Shown: positions 48,968 through 59,774 of the stretch, one piece after another
How the letters are laid out: every line of letters begins with the position of its first letter
Numbering within the stretch: the first letter of the stretch is position 1
Source: an uncultured Candidatus Entotheonella sp.
GTDB lineage: Bacteria > Tectomicrobia > Entotheonellia > Entotheonellales > Entotheonellaceae
Direction: 5' to 3'
DNA length: 64,000 bases
Assembly: GCA_965217185.1 (NCBI GenBank)
Contig: OZ244252.1
Span: forward strand, 1,824,001 to 1,888,000
Made by a program: the position numbers and the translations under genes
The notes under the pieces: generated by a model
The model's database searches: none
Told to the model about the DNA's origin: nothing
Seen by the model: the letters and a program-made list of their open reading frames with translations, nothing else

Positions 48968-50050
48968 ATGTGCAAACGTCTTGGGATACTGGTTCTGTTG
49001 GCAATGGCAGTCGCCACGTTGGGATGCGGTGAGGACGATGGCCCGCATTTTGTGGAACCTCCCGCTGGAAAAGTTCCCACTGCCGATTACGGGGTTGGCG
49101 ACTCAGAATTGGATGGTCTGCTTGGCGACGATGTTCGGACGTTTGCACACACCTCCAAGGGTGGGTTCACACTTCCGACTACCCCCATATCACAAGCCTG
49201 CTCGATACTTGATGGCGGCGTGATAACGTCCGCCTTTTCCAGTTACTGGAACGCATGTTTGGAGGCGCCCTTGTGGACCATAGAAGCAACTGTTGAAAGC
49301 ATTCTGCGTAATCTCAGTGTGTTCTGGAACAGTAGTTTTGTTCCCTGCGATTGTAGCGATATAGACCCTCGATGCCGGATGAATGCCTTTGCCAGTTCAG
49401 AAGCACCCGGGTTTATCTGGTACGACGACGCACTGGTCAACTTAATGAGCGAAGGGGAGAGCCTAGGGCCTGTTGACATTCATAGAAAAGATACGGTCGT
49501 ATGAGTCGCCAGTTTGGCACAGGAGTGAATGGGGACGCCAGAAACCAGCACTATGCTTGTCTTGGTATCGGCCTCTTGCTTGAGGGATTGGAACTTCGAG
49601 ACGCTGATTTCGGATCTGTTCAGGTGCGATGTTCAGATTAGTAAATCATATAATATCAATACGTTGTCGTGATTCATGGAGTCAGTCCGTGCTTGGCAAT
49701 CGCGTGAATGTCAACAGGCCCTAGTACCCGTTGCCTATCTCATGGCACATGAAGCGGCACACCATATCCAGTTCCAACACGGCTACAATTTCGCTTTCCC
49801 AATAGAGGCCGAGCTGAGCGCCGATTGCATGGCGGGGTACTTTCTGGGGTATCTGGCTTGCACTGGGCAAGTGGACGGCGTTGACGTTGAGGCATCTCTG
49901 AGTGCGGTATGTTCGATAGGCGATTTGCCTAACACGCCTTGGTGGTCTGAGAGCGCACATGGAACCTGCGAGGCGCGGACCATCATGACCTTGGCCGGCA
50001 TTTCAGGCTATGCGCTCAGGGTGCCGCCGCGTGATTGGTGTTCCGAGTGA
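48968..50050 (+). pseudogene. Lipoprotein neutral zinc metallopeptidase interrupted by a MITE
   Basis: Lipobox ATLGC, MNAF, HEAAHH..Q, ELSADC.AG and HGT...R; excising 49467-49720 plus one CTAG restores the frame (ESLVPVAYLMAHE). Confidence 0.85.
49467..49720. mobile_element. 254-bp MITE, IS5-like ends
   Basis: Perfect 16-bp TIR GGCCTGTTGACATTCA; CTAG duplicated at 49463-49466 and 49721-49724. Confidence 0.9.
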
Positions 50051-50165
50051 GCGCGACGGGCTGTAAATGGCACGTATCCCCAGAATTCTAGGAGTGGGGT
50101 GGGGTGTTTCGATACACAGGAAGTCGAAGGAACCGTGTTTTCGTCAGGCGTTCTGACGCATCCGA

Positions 50166-50193
50166 ACTTCCGATAAAGCGTTTTATGTTGCCT
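50166..50193 (+). other. dif-like XerC/D site 3
   Basis: ACTTCCGATAA-AGCGTT-TTATGTTGCCT. Confidence 0.7.
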
Positions 50194-50383
50194 TCGGTCC
50201 GGAGAGCGCCACCAAGATTTGATTTCCAGATTGCAAAGGATTACGATCCATTTAGCACAACAGCAGAATCCTCCGGAACTAACGTCGTAGCATGGAGAGC
50301 CGCGCGGGGCAGTTGCCCGCGCGGCTCTTCCACTTTGTGCCAACCGCGTCGCCCAGAAACAGTGACCTGCGCGCGGTGACTCA

Positions 50384-50411
50384 ACTTCCGATAAACGATC
50401 ATATGTAAACT
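50384..50411 (+). other. dif-like XerC/D site 4
   Basis: ACTTCCGATAA-ACGATC-ATATGTAAACT; arms match Bacillus subtilis dif (ACTTCCTAGAA / TTATGTAAACT) at 9/11 and 10/11. Confidence 0.78.
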
Positions 50412-50693
50412 TTCACGACCTCATTGGAAATTCTGAAATCCCCGAAAACACTGGCTTTCCGTGCTTCGGTGAATGTGTGGCCGTCGACGTCCCACCGAAA
50501 GGGGTATTTTTGGGCGAAAAACGCGAAAACGGTGGGGTGGGCACGGTTGAAATGGCTGCTTTCCGACTTCGCAGTGGGACAAAATAGAGCCTTCGCGGGT
50601 GCCGCGGCACGCAGCCAGTTCGGACCACCGGTCCTCGGCAGACGTTTGCGCACAACGGTAAAGGCCAAAGTCGCTCGAAAAGTGGGCACCCCA

Positions 50694-50945
50694 CTACGGT
50701 GCTGTCCCTCTGCCGCCGGTCCGCTCAATCAGAGCCGACAGCGCCTGCATGCTCTCCTTGTGCTGATTCGCCAGCGCTTGCATGGTCTCCGCGTGCTGTT
50801 TGTCCATTTGCCGATCTCTGGACTCCGAAGCCGCCCGCATTTGTTTCAAGCCGGCCCATATCAGGCCGCATTGTGCAAGACCCACGCCGAAAATTAGAAC
50901 GACGCCAGCGGCGCTCACCCAAAGTTGCCACACGTCCACATTCAC
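50694..50945 (-). CDS. Small membrane protein with a coiled-coil tail
   Basis: Hydrophobic helix followed by repeated QHAETMQAL/QHKESMQAL; start uncertain. Confidence 0.5.
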   Translation of the reverse strand: MNVDVWQLWVSAAGVVLIFGVGLAQCGLIWAGLKQMRAASESRDRQMDKQHAETMQALANQHKESMQALSALIERTGGRGTAP

Positions 50946-50976
50946 CAACTCAACGTCAAGGATTTGAAACGACGGA

Positions 50977-51462
50977 TCAGCCGCCCCCACCGCCCAAAGC
51001 TCGCAGCGCCGTGGGCGGCAGGTAGGCACGCAGAACCATGCCGCCGGGGCGCAATGGGCCTTCCAACCACGCGACCCCGCCCTTCTTGAAGGCGAACATG
51101 GCGCCGGACGCGGGTGAGCCGGTGATAAGCCAAGCCAGCAATTCGCTCATCCACGGCTCATGGCCGACAAGCGCGGCGGGTGTTTGATCGATTTCATGGA
51201 GTAGGTCTGTCTCAGGTGGGCGGGCCAATGCTTGGGTCGGCAGGAGATCGCCTTGCAGTACAGGTGCGAGGAGGGCGGCAGTCTCGACGGCGCGCAGCCA
51301 GGGGCTGTGATAAACCTGCCGCAGCCGAATGCCCAGATGCTGCATGCCGGCCACGGCTTGGGCAAAGCGTTCGCGGCCCTGGCGGGTTAATGGGCGCTCG
51401 GTGTCCGGCAGCGCCAAGCTGCGTGGCGCGGCGATGGCGTGGCGAATGAGAAACAGTTCCAT
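50977..51462 (-). CDS. sixA: Phosphohistidine phosphatase SixA
   Basis: LIRHA, RPLT..G, SPWLRAVETA, VGHEP and FKKGG. Confidence 0.88.
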   Translation of the reverse strand: MELFLIRHAIAAPRSLALPDTERPLTRQGRERFAQAVAGMQHLGIRLRQVYHSPWLRAVETAALLAPVLQGDLLPTQALARPPETDLLHEIDQTPAALVGHEPWMSELLAWLITGSPASGAMFAFKKGGVAWLEGPLRPGGMVLRAYLPPTALRALGGGGG

Positions 51463-51528
51463 GAGCAAGGATTCCAGTTTTCAGGGTCGTGTAGCGGTTT
51501 GGATTTCCCCCTCACCCCAACCCCCGGA

Positions 51529-52338
51529 TCAAGTCCGGGGCAGGCTCTTTCCCTCCAGAGGAGAGGGAGCAGGAATGGCATCGCCTTCCGCAACTAGCGC
51601 CGCACCCTGCGGCAGGGCTGCTAACGCGGCGCCCACGATGCCCGCGTTGTTGAGCATCTGGGCGGTCACCACCTCCGTCTGCAACGTCAGCAGCGGCAAG
51701 AACTTGTCCGCCTTCTTGCTTACACCGCCGCCCACGATCATCAGGTCCGGCCAGAAATAGTATTCCATGCGGTGCAGATAGTCGTCCAAGCGCCGGGCCC
51801 ACTTGGCCCAACTGAGGTTCTGGCGTTTGCGCACAATGGCGGCAGCGTGCTTCTCGGCAGTCTTGCCGCGGAACTCGATTTGCCCCAGCTCGGTGTTGGG
51901 CACCAAATGACCGTTCATGAACAGCGCCGTGCCAATGCCAGTGCCCAGCGTCAGGATCATCACCACGCCGGGGCGCCCGCGCCCGGCGCCGAAGCGCATT
52001 TCGGCGAGCCCGGCAGCGTCAGCATCATTGATCACCGTGACCGGGCGCCCGACTGCCTGTTGGAACAATTCGACAACGGATTCGCCGATCCAGTCCCTGG
52101 AGATATTGACTGCCGTCAGCGGCCGGCCGTGCCGTACCGCGGCCGGGAAGCCACACCCAACGGGGCCGGACCAATTGAAATGCCTGACGATCTGAGCCAC
52201 CACTTGGCTTACGGCCTCAGGCACGGCCCCCTCAGGTGTCGGAATACGCAGCCGTTCGGCAGTCATGTCGCCGGTGCGCGTGTTCACCGGCGCGCCTTTA
52301 ATGCCGGAGGCGCCAATATCGATGCCGAGAATTTCCAC
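51529..52338 (-). CDS. ppgK: Polyphosphate glucokinase (ROK family)
   Basis: GIDIGASGIKGAPV, NDADAAG.AE, TLGTGIG, PNTELG and NNAGIVGAA. Confidence 0.9.
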   Translation of the reverse strand: MEILGIDIGASGIKGAPVNTRTGDMTAERLRIPTPEGAVPEAVSQVVAQIVRHFNWSGPVGCGFPAAVRHGRPLTAVNISRDWIGESVVELFQQAVGRPVTVINDADAAGLAEMRFGAGRGRPGVVMILTLGTGIGTALFMNGHLVPNTELGQIEFRGKTAEKHAAAIVRKRQNLSWAKWARRLDDYLHRMEYYFWPDLMIVGGGVSKKADKFLPLLTLQTEVVTAQMLNNAGIVGAALAALPQGAALVAEGDAIPAPSPLEGKSLPRT

Positions 52339-52376
52339 AGCCGACCTCCCGTCGCCGCGCTGTCCAGAGCGCCGAT

Positions 52377-53126
52377 CTATTGGGCCGTGAAGCCGCCGTC
52401 GATGACCAGTTCACTGCCGGTAACGAACGAGGATTCGTCGCTCGCCAGGTACAGCACGCCGTAGGCAATGTCATCGGTCGACCCGACGTAACCCAGGGGA
52501 ATCAGGCTCATCCGCTCCTCGCGATCCGGGCCGAAGGCCTCTTTGAGCATCTCGGTATCAATGGGTCCAGGGTGAATGGAGTTGCAACGAATGCCGTCTT
52601 TGGCATGCTGCATTGCCACGGTTTTGGTGAACAGCCGCACGGCGCCTTTGGAGGCGGTGTAGGACGGCGAGCCGTAGGGGCTACCGACCAGGCCGGCTGT
52701 CGAGGAGATATTGACAATAGAGCCGCCGCCCGCCCGGCGCATGGCGGCCACGGCGTGCTTGGCGCCCATGAAGACGCCCTTGACGTTCACCGCCAGAATC
52801 TGGTCCAGGTCGTCCTCGGTGGTTTCTTCGAGTTGCTTGCGGATGTAGATACCGGCGTTGTTCACCAGCACGTTCAGCTTGCCGTAGAGCTTTTCCGTCG
52901 TCTGCACCGCCGACCGCCAGGCGTCCTCGTTAGTGACATCCAGGTGGATGTAAGTGGCGTTGCCGCCGGCGGCGCGCAGGTCGGCCTCGACCTGACGGCC
53001 TTCGTCGTCCAGGATATCGCCCATGACGACGCTGGCACCCTCCTGCACAAACAGGCGTGCCTCGGTGGCGCCCTGCCCGCGCGCGCCGCCACTGATCAGT
53101 GCAACCTTGCCATCAAGCCGGCCCAT
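52377..53126 (-). CDS. Short-chain dehydrogenase/reductase
   Basis: SGGARGQG, NNAG and YTASK. Confidence 0.92.
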   Translation of the reverse strand: MGRLDGKVALISGGARGQGATEARLFVQEGASVVMGDILDDEGRQVEADLRAAGGNATYIHLDVTNEDAWRSAVQTTEKLYGKLNVLVNNAGIYIRKQLEETTEDDLDQILAVNVKGVFMGAKHAVAAMRRAGGGSIVNISSTAGLVGSPYGSPSYTASKGAVRLFTKTVAMQHAKDGIRCNSIHPGPIDTEMLKEAFGPDREERMSLIPLGYVGSTDDIAYGVLYLASDESSFVTGSELVIDGGFTAQ

Positions 53127-53247
53127 TCCGCTCTCCTTTTGCCTCCGTGTTGATCCGATTGCCATCTTTGATTAGGCTGGAGCGCCTATCATACGGCATC
53201 CCTTATCGGAAACGAAACGTGACCCCATCGCCCGGAGAGAAACCGCC

Positions 53248-53844
53248 GTGATTGCCGACCCGACGCGCTTCGAGACCGCCATCGCCCGCTTCGACGCTGC
53301 CAACGCCGAAGACCCCAACACCGAAGAGATGGACGGCGTTTCCCACCCGAAGGAATTGCTTTATGCCCAACGCATAACCGCCTGGCTGGACAAGCTGACA
53401 CCCGATGCGTCGGAGGCTCTGCGGTTAGCGGCACGCGCCCAGCACATCCGCCGCTGGGCCATCCCGCGGCGCGATTACCCGATGACCCGTACCGGCTACC
53501 TGAAGTGGCGCACCACCCTGTATCGCTTTCACGCCGATACCGCCGGCGACATTCTGCGCGAGGTCGGTTACGACGACGCCATGGTCGCCGCGGTGCAATC
53601 CCTGCTGCGCAAGGAACGCCTAAAGCGCAATCCCGACATGCAATGCCTGGAAGACGTCATCTGTCTCGTCTTCCTGGAAAGCTACTTCGCCAATTTCGCC
53701 CCGCAGTACGACGAGCAGAAGGTCATCGACATCCTGCGCAAGACATGGAAGAAGATGTCCCCGCAGGGCCAAACGGCGGCCCGCAGTCTGGCTCTGCCGC
53801 CGGCAGCGCGCGATTTGCTTCAAAAGGCATTGGCGACGCCGTGA
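53248..53844 (+). CDS. DUF4202 family protein
   Basis: DAANAEDP, LAARAQHIRRW.IPR..YP, LEDVICLVFL and KTWKKMS. Confidence 0.88.
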   Translation: MIADPTRFETAIARFDAANAEDPNTEEMDGVSHPKELLYAQRITAWLDKLTPDASEALRLAARAQHIRRWAIPRRDYPMTRTGYLKWRTTLYRFHADTAGDILREVGYDDAMVAAVQSLLRKERLKRNPDMQCLEDVICLVFLESYFANFAPQYDEQKVIDILRKTWKKMSPQGQTAARSLALPPAARDLLQKALATP

Positions 53845-53989
53845 ATTCCTGAACGAACGGCCCGTTCCAATGCCCTCCGGCTGTTGCTTTGCCCGCGCCA
53901 ACTTTGTTATGCTAGCGGCCCTTGTTTGCCGTGCAGCGCGCTCCAGGTCGTCTGGGACGACAGCCGTTTTGTACCCCCAGGAGAAGATC

Positions 53990-55192
53990 ATGCAAAGCGA
54001 AGACATATTGATGTGCCCCGGCCCCAACGACATGTCCGACCGCGTCATCCGAGCCATGATGCGCCCCGCCGCCGCCCCTGCCTCGGAAGAGTTTCAGGAA
54101 CTGTATGAACGGACGTTGGACATGTTGGCGCAAATTTACCAGACGACCAACGAGGTGGTGCCCATTCCGGGGTCGGGCCGCAGCGGCCTGGAGGCAGCGA
54201 TCACAAGTGTCGTGGAACCCGGCGACCGCACCCTCACTGTCGCCAACGGTCACTTCGGGGGCGTCGCCATGCAGATCATCAGCGGCATTGGCGGCAAGCC
54301 GGAAGCGTTTCAGGAACCCTGGGGCAGCGTCATCGACATGGGCGCCTTCGCCGCCAAGCTGGCCAGCGGCTCGTACAAGCTGGTAACCCTGGTGCACAAC
54401 GAAACCTCCAGCGGTGCCGTGTACCAGGCCGAGGAAATCGCACGCCTGGCCCACGAGCACGGCGCCCTGTTTTTACTGGATGCGGTATCGTCCCTGGCTG
54501 GCGTTGACCTGCGTACCGACGAGTGGGACATCGACCTCGTCGTGTCCTGTAACCACAAAGCCATTGGCGCCCCGATCGGCCACGCCCACGTGGTGGTAGG
54601 CGAGCGCGCCTGGAAGGCAATGGAACAGCGCACGAAACCCTGCGGCACGGTGTTCGGCAATCTGATGAATTGGAAGTCCCAGGTCGACCCCACCGTCAAC
54701 GGCGGCAGAGCCAAGAAACGGACGTACGGTGTTTTCCCGGCCGTTCACCTCTTTTATGCCATGCACGAAGCATTCACCGCGGTTCTGGAGGAGGGCTTGG
54801 CGCCCCGGTTCGCCCGCCACCTCCTGAACGCCGAGGCATTCCGCGAGGGCGTCATCGGGCTGGGCCTGAGACCCTTGGCACATCCGGACGTGGCATCACC
54901 CACCGTCACCTGCGTGCAACTCCCCGAGGGCATCACGTCCAAGGAATTTCTGTACCACTTCCGGCATGACCACGGGCTGTTCACCCTGCCGGGCCTCGGC
55001 GAATTCCAGGACACCGCCGTGCGCATTGGCCACATGGGTGTCACCGCCACGCCACGCAACATTCTTCACACCCTTCACGCTTTCGACCACATTTTGTACC
55101 GCTTAGGCCATCTCCATGACCGCGGCGCGGGCATTACCAGAGCCGAGGAGATTTATCAGGCAGCGGAACAGGCAGCCCCAGTGGCGGTATAG
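53990..55192 (+). CDS. Class V PLP aminotransferase (alanine-glyoxylate/serine-pyruvate type)
   Basis: CPGP, HNETSSG, DAVSSL, NHKA and RIGHMG. Confidence 0.88.
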   Translation: MQSEDILMCPGPNDMSDRVIRAMMRPAAAPASEEFQELYERTLDMLAQIYQTTNEVVPIPGSGRSGLEAAITSVVEPGDRTLTVANGHFGGVAMQIISGIGGKPEAFQEPWGSVIDMGAFAAKLASGSYKLVTLVHNETSSGAVYQAEEIARLAHEHGALFLLDAVSSLAGVDLRTDEWDIDLVVSCNHKAIGAPIGHAHVVVGERAWKAMEQRTKPCGTVFGNLMNWKSQVDPTVNGGRAKKRTYGVFPAVHLFYAMHEAFTAVLEEGLAPRFARHLLNAEAFREGVIGLGLRPLAHPDVASPTVTCVQLPEGITSKEFLYHFRHDHGLFTLPGLGEFQDTAVRIGHMGVTATPRNILHTLHAFDHILYRLGHLHDRGAGITRAEEIYQAAEQAAPVAV

Positions 55193-55202
55193 GGAGGCTG
55201 CC

Positions 55203-55979
55203 TTGGCACAGCGAGAGCGCTTTCCGGTTGGGCCGTTCTTCGAAGCCAGTCTGAAAACACACTCGGTCACGGCGCTCTGCGACCTCTTGCACAGCGGCCA
55301 GATCGTGCAGCACGGCCTCATTCCCTGGGGCTCGAATTACACCTTTCTGGTCACGATGGACGTGCAGCAACCGCACCTGATGCTGGCGGTCTACAAGCCC
55401 CGGCGAGGCGAAGCGCCGTTGTGGGATTTCCCCAACGGCACGCTGTACAGGCGGGAACGCGCAGCGTTCGTACTCAGCGAGGCACTCGGCTGGAGCTTGG
55501 TGCCGCCCACGATTATTCGGCAAGGGCCGAACGGAATCGGCTCGCTGCAGTTGTACGTGCACCATCGCGAAGAGGACGCGGATTACTTCGCCCTCCACGA
55601 ACAGCACGGGCCGGAGATGCAGGCCATGGCGGCGTTCGATCTCATTTCCAACAATACCGACCGCAAAGCCGCGCACTGCCTGCGCGATGCAGAAGGGCAC
55701 ATCTGGGGCATCGACCACGGCCTGACGTTTCACGTCGATCCGAAGCTGCGCACGGTGATCTGGGATTTTGGGGGCGAGCGCGTTCCCAAGCGTCTGTTGC
55801 GTGACGTGCGGCGGGTGCGGGACGATTTGCAGAATCGCTGCGGCTTGGTGGGCGAGCTGGACGATCTGCTCTTCCCCGAGGAAGTCGACGCCCTCGCCTA
55901 CCGCATGCAGGCCCTACTGAAAAGACCTGAGTTTCCCTGCCTGCGCACGCGGCGGGGCGTTCCCTGGCCGTTTTACTGA
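55203..55979 (+). CDS. SCO1664-family PI3/4-kinase-like protein
   Basis: GSNYTF, VYKPRRGEAPLWDFP, NTDRKAAH, GIDHGLTF and KLRTVIW. Confidence 0.88.
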   Translation: MAQRERFPVGPFFEASLKTHSVTALCDLLHSGQIVQHGLIPWGSNYTFLVTMDVQQPHLMLAVYKPRRGEAPLWDFPNGTLYRRERAAFVLSEALGWSLVPPTIIRQGPNGIGSLQLYVHHREEDADYFALHEQHGPEMQAMAAFDLISNNTDRKAAHCLRDAEGHIWGIDHGLTFHVDPKLRTVIWDFGGERVPKRLLRDVRRVRDDLQNRCGLVGELDDLLFPEEVDALAYRMQALLKRPEFPCLRTRRGVPWPFY

Positions 55980-55996
55980 TCCTGAAGGGCGTAATT

Positions 55997-56458
55997 ATGG
56001 AGTGGCCGGAAGTACTTCAACGCATTGAGGCGGGAGAAGGCGAAGAGACCGAGTTCAAACGCGGACTCGGGGATTTCTCCGCCATCGGCAGAGCGGTCTG
56101 CGCTTTCGCGAACACCGAAGGGGGCATCATTATCCTAGGCATCACCGATATCCTAGGCGTCACCGATTCGCAGAGCATCATTGGCGTCAAGGAGGATGCC
56201 GACGAGGTTCAAGAACGCCTGGAGACGTTTCTGCGCACGGGGTGCAGCGCACCGGTCAGCGGGGAGTGCGGCAGTCACGAGGACCCGAATGGATGGGTGC
56301 ACTGGATTGAAATTTCACACCAGGACTACCCGGAGCCCTTGCGTTACGACGGCCGCGTGTGGGTTCGGCGTGAATGCAGCAGCGTGGAACCGTCGCCGTC
56401 AGAGTTGCAGGAACTCTATAACACCTCGGACAAACCCTCATCGGAAAACATTCGATAG
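55997..56458 (+). CDS. Stand-alone Schlafen/AlbA_2 domain protein, probably truncated
   Basis: GE...TEFKR and CAFANTEGG.IILG; no C-terminal ATPase or HTH domain. Confidence 0.75.
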   Translation: MEWPEVLQRIEAGEGEETEFKRGLGDFSAIGRAVCAFANTEGGIIILGITDILGVTDSQSIIGVKEDADEVQERLETFLRTGCSAPVSGECGSHEDPNGWVHWIEISHQDYPEPLRYDGRVWVRRECSSVEPSPSELQELYNTSDKPSSENIR

Positions 56459-56482
56459 CTCCCCTCCCTCACAAGTCCCCTT

Positions 56483-57625
56483 CTACAGATTGATCTCCTG
56501 GGCGACCAGCTCGCGGTGATAGGTGGCGTCGCCAAAGGTGAATTCGGCGTACTTGGCACGCTTGAAATACAGGTGCATGTCATGCTCCCACGTGAAGCCG
56601 ATTCCGCCGTGCACCTGGATGCCCTCGCCTGCGGTGTAGCGATAGGCGTCGCTGCAATAAGCCTTGGCCATCGACACGGCCAAGGGGGCTTCGGGTACGT
56701 CCTCATCCACGGCCCAGGCCGCATGGTAGGCAGCAGATTTGGCCGACTCCACCTGCAGCATCATCTCGGCGCACTTGTGCTTGACGGCCTGAAAGCTGCC
56801 GATAGGACGCCCGAACTGGACGCGCTCCTTGGCGTAGGCCACGCTGATGTCGAGCACCCGCTGCGCCCCGCCAATCATCTCGGCACACAGCGCAGCCGTG
56901 CAGATGTGCATCACTTTCGACAGTACCGGCCAGCCCATGTCCACGCTGCCGATCAGACGGTCGCGCCCAACGGCAACATTGTCGAACACCACCTCGCACT
57001 GCTTGCGGGTCTGATCCATGGTCTTGAGCAGGGTGACGGAAATGCCGGGGGTGTCGCTATCCACCAGGAACAGGCTGATGCCGAAACTCTTGTCGCCGGC
57101 GGTCTTGGTACGCGCCGCTACGACCATGACGTCAGCGACGTGGGCATCGGGCACGAATAATTTGGTGCCGGAGATGGCAAAACCGCCGTCTGCAGGAACA
57201 GCTCGCACGTCCAAAATGCCCTCCGCCTCGAAACGGCCCGAGGGTTCCGTCATCGCCAGGGTGGCGATCAGCGAGCCGTCAGCGATTTTCGGCAGATAGG
57301 TTTTCTTCTGCTCCTCCGAGCCGCCAAGCAGGATGGTCTGGCCCGCCAAGAGCACTGAGGAGAAGAACGGCGACGGCAGCAACGCAGCGCCCATTTCTTC
57401 CAGAATGACCGCGAGATCGACAAACCCCAGACCCTGGCCGCCGTATTCTTCGGGAAACGCCAGCCCGAGCCATCCGAGGGCGGCCATCTGCTGCCAGAGC
57501 TCGGGCGAGTAACCGCGCTCATCTTCCATCATCTGCCGCACGAAGGCGCTGGTGCAGTACTCGGCTAAGAAATCGTGCGCCGCCTGCCGCAGCATGTCCT
57601 GCTCATCGCTAAAACCAAAATCCAT
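56483..57625 (-). CDS. Acyl-CoA dehydrogenase
   Basis: PEEYGGQG, RVQFGRPIGSFQAVKH and QVHGGIGFTWE. Confidence 0.93.
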   Translation of the reverse strand: MDFGFSDEQDMLRQAAHDFLAEYCTSAFVRQMMEDERGYSPELWQQMAALGWLGLAFPEEYGGQGLGFVDLAVILEEMGAALLPSPFFSSVLLAGQTILLGGSEEQKKTYLPKIADGSLIATLAMTEPSGRFEAEGILDVRAVPADGGFAISGTKLFVPDAHVADVMVVAARTKTAGDKSFGISLFLVDSDTPGISVTLLKTMDQTRKQCEVVFDNVAVGRDRLIGSVDMGWPVLSKVMHICTAALCAEMIGGAQRVLDISVAYAKERVQFGRPIGSFQAVKHKCAEMMLQVESAKSAAYHAAWAVDEDVPEAPLAVSMAKAYCSDAYRYTAGEGIQVHGGIGFTWEHDMHLYFKRAKYAEFTFGDATYHRELVAQEINL

Positions 57626-57727
57626 CGGTCAAACCTCCTGAATGGTGATGCCGCGGCGCCCATCCGCGCATAGAAAGACGCCCCCAACAACGGACAGTCG
57701 AGGGCGTTCCAAGTGTGCCGGTAACCG

Positions 57728-58828
<1,101 letters not shown>

Positions 58829-59145
58829 CGGTGTCTCTCCTTACGGCAACTGAATCTCAACCAGTTTGGCCCGCTCCACTGCCTGGGCGGATATGAACCA
58901 GGAAAACCCTCGTGCCGGCACCTGACAAGAAGATAGCCAAACAAATAGCCTCAGGTTTTAGACACGGTTTGGCGACTATACTACGCGGCACGCATCATAT
59001 CCAGAAAAACCCTTCGTGCCCCGTGGTAAGCACAAAGCGCTATCAAGTAATTTAGGCAAGCCCTCTCACGACTCATCCGCGTTCATCCCAACTTCGGCAA
59101 CCCTGGCCTGCACGTCATCCGGCACGTTTCCCTCTAACCCTCCGG

Positions 59146-59766
59146 CTAGCTCGGCCTCCCAGGCGGCGGCGATTTCGACTGCCAGCGCTTTAATTCAGCG
59201 ACGTACTCTTCTTGGTAATCCATGTCCCGAAGGATGTCGTCGTTTCCAATGGGAAGTTCCAACGTATCGTGCGGGTAGCCGCGTGTCACCACATTGAGAC
59301 CTTGATCAGGCGTCAGGGCCAGCACCGCCGGGCGATACACCACCGCCAGGAGCAAGGGATGACCGCGCTTACCTTGGTAGACGGGGATGACCAGGCCCTT
59401 CTGGGTGCGGGCATGAGCCGCCAGAAGCTGTTGGATAACCAAGCGACCGATTTGCGGTTGATCGACGAGCGCCAACAGGTAGGCGTCCGGAGCGGGATCG
59501 AGCGAGCGCAGGGCAACCTGCACGGAGGACGTCATGCCAAGCCGGTAGTCCGGGTTGTGAAACAGTCGAACGGGCAAGGGTTCCAGCACCGCAGCGATCT
59601 CCTCGGCGCGATGCCCCAGGACAACGGCCACTTCCGACAAATCGGCGCTCAGAAGGGGTTGCAGAACCTGCTCGATGACCGTACGGGGGCCAAACGGCAG
59701 CAGGGCTTTCAATTGCCCCATGCGGCGGGATTCTCCGGCAGCCAGCACCACCCCTGCAACGCGCAT
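59146..59766 (-). CDS. mocA: MocA-like molybdenum cofactor nucleotidyltransferase
   Basis: VLAAGESRRMG..K.LL, DQP and GKRGHP; lies downstream of moeA. Confidence 0.8.
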   Translation of the reverse strand: MRVAGVVLAAGESRRMGQLKALLPFGPRTVIEQVLQPLLSADLSEVAVVLGHRAEEIAAVLEPLPVRLFHNPDYRLGMTSSVQVALRSLDPAPDAYLLALVDQPQIGRLVIQQLLAAHARTQKGLVIPVYQGKRGHPLLLAVVYRPAVLALTPDQGLNVVTRGYPHDTLELPIGNDDILRDMDYQEEYVAELKRWQSKSPPPGRPS

Positions 59767-59774
59767 CGGTCCAC

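Noticed and set aside
48854..50411. CRISPR or integron attC reading of the ACTTCCGATAA repeats
   Set aside because: Spacing is 0.2-1.3 kb, there is no RYYYAAC...GTTRRRY hairpin and no intI; the 11-6-11 layout fits dif.
53184..53213. Possible fifth dif-like site on the minus strand (GTTTCCGATAA...)
   Set aside because: The right arm is poor and needs an 8-nt centre; it lies in an ordinary divergent intergenic region.
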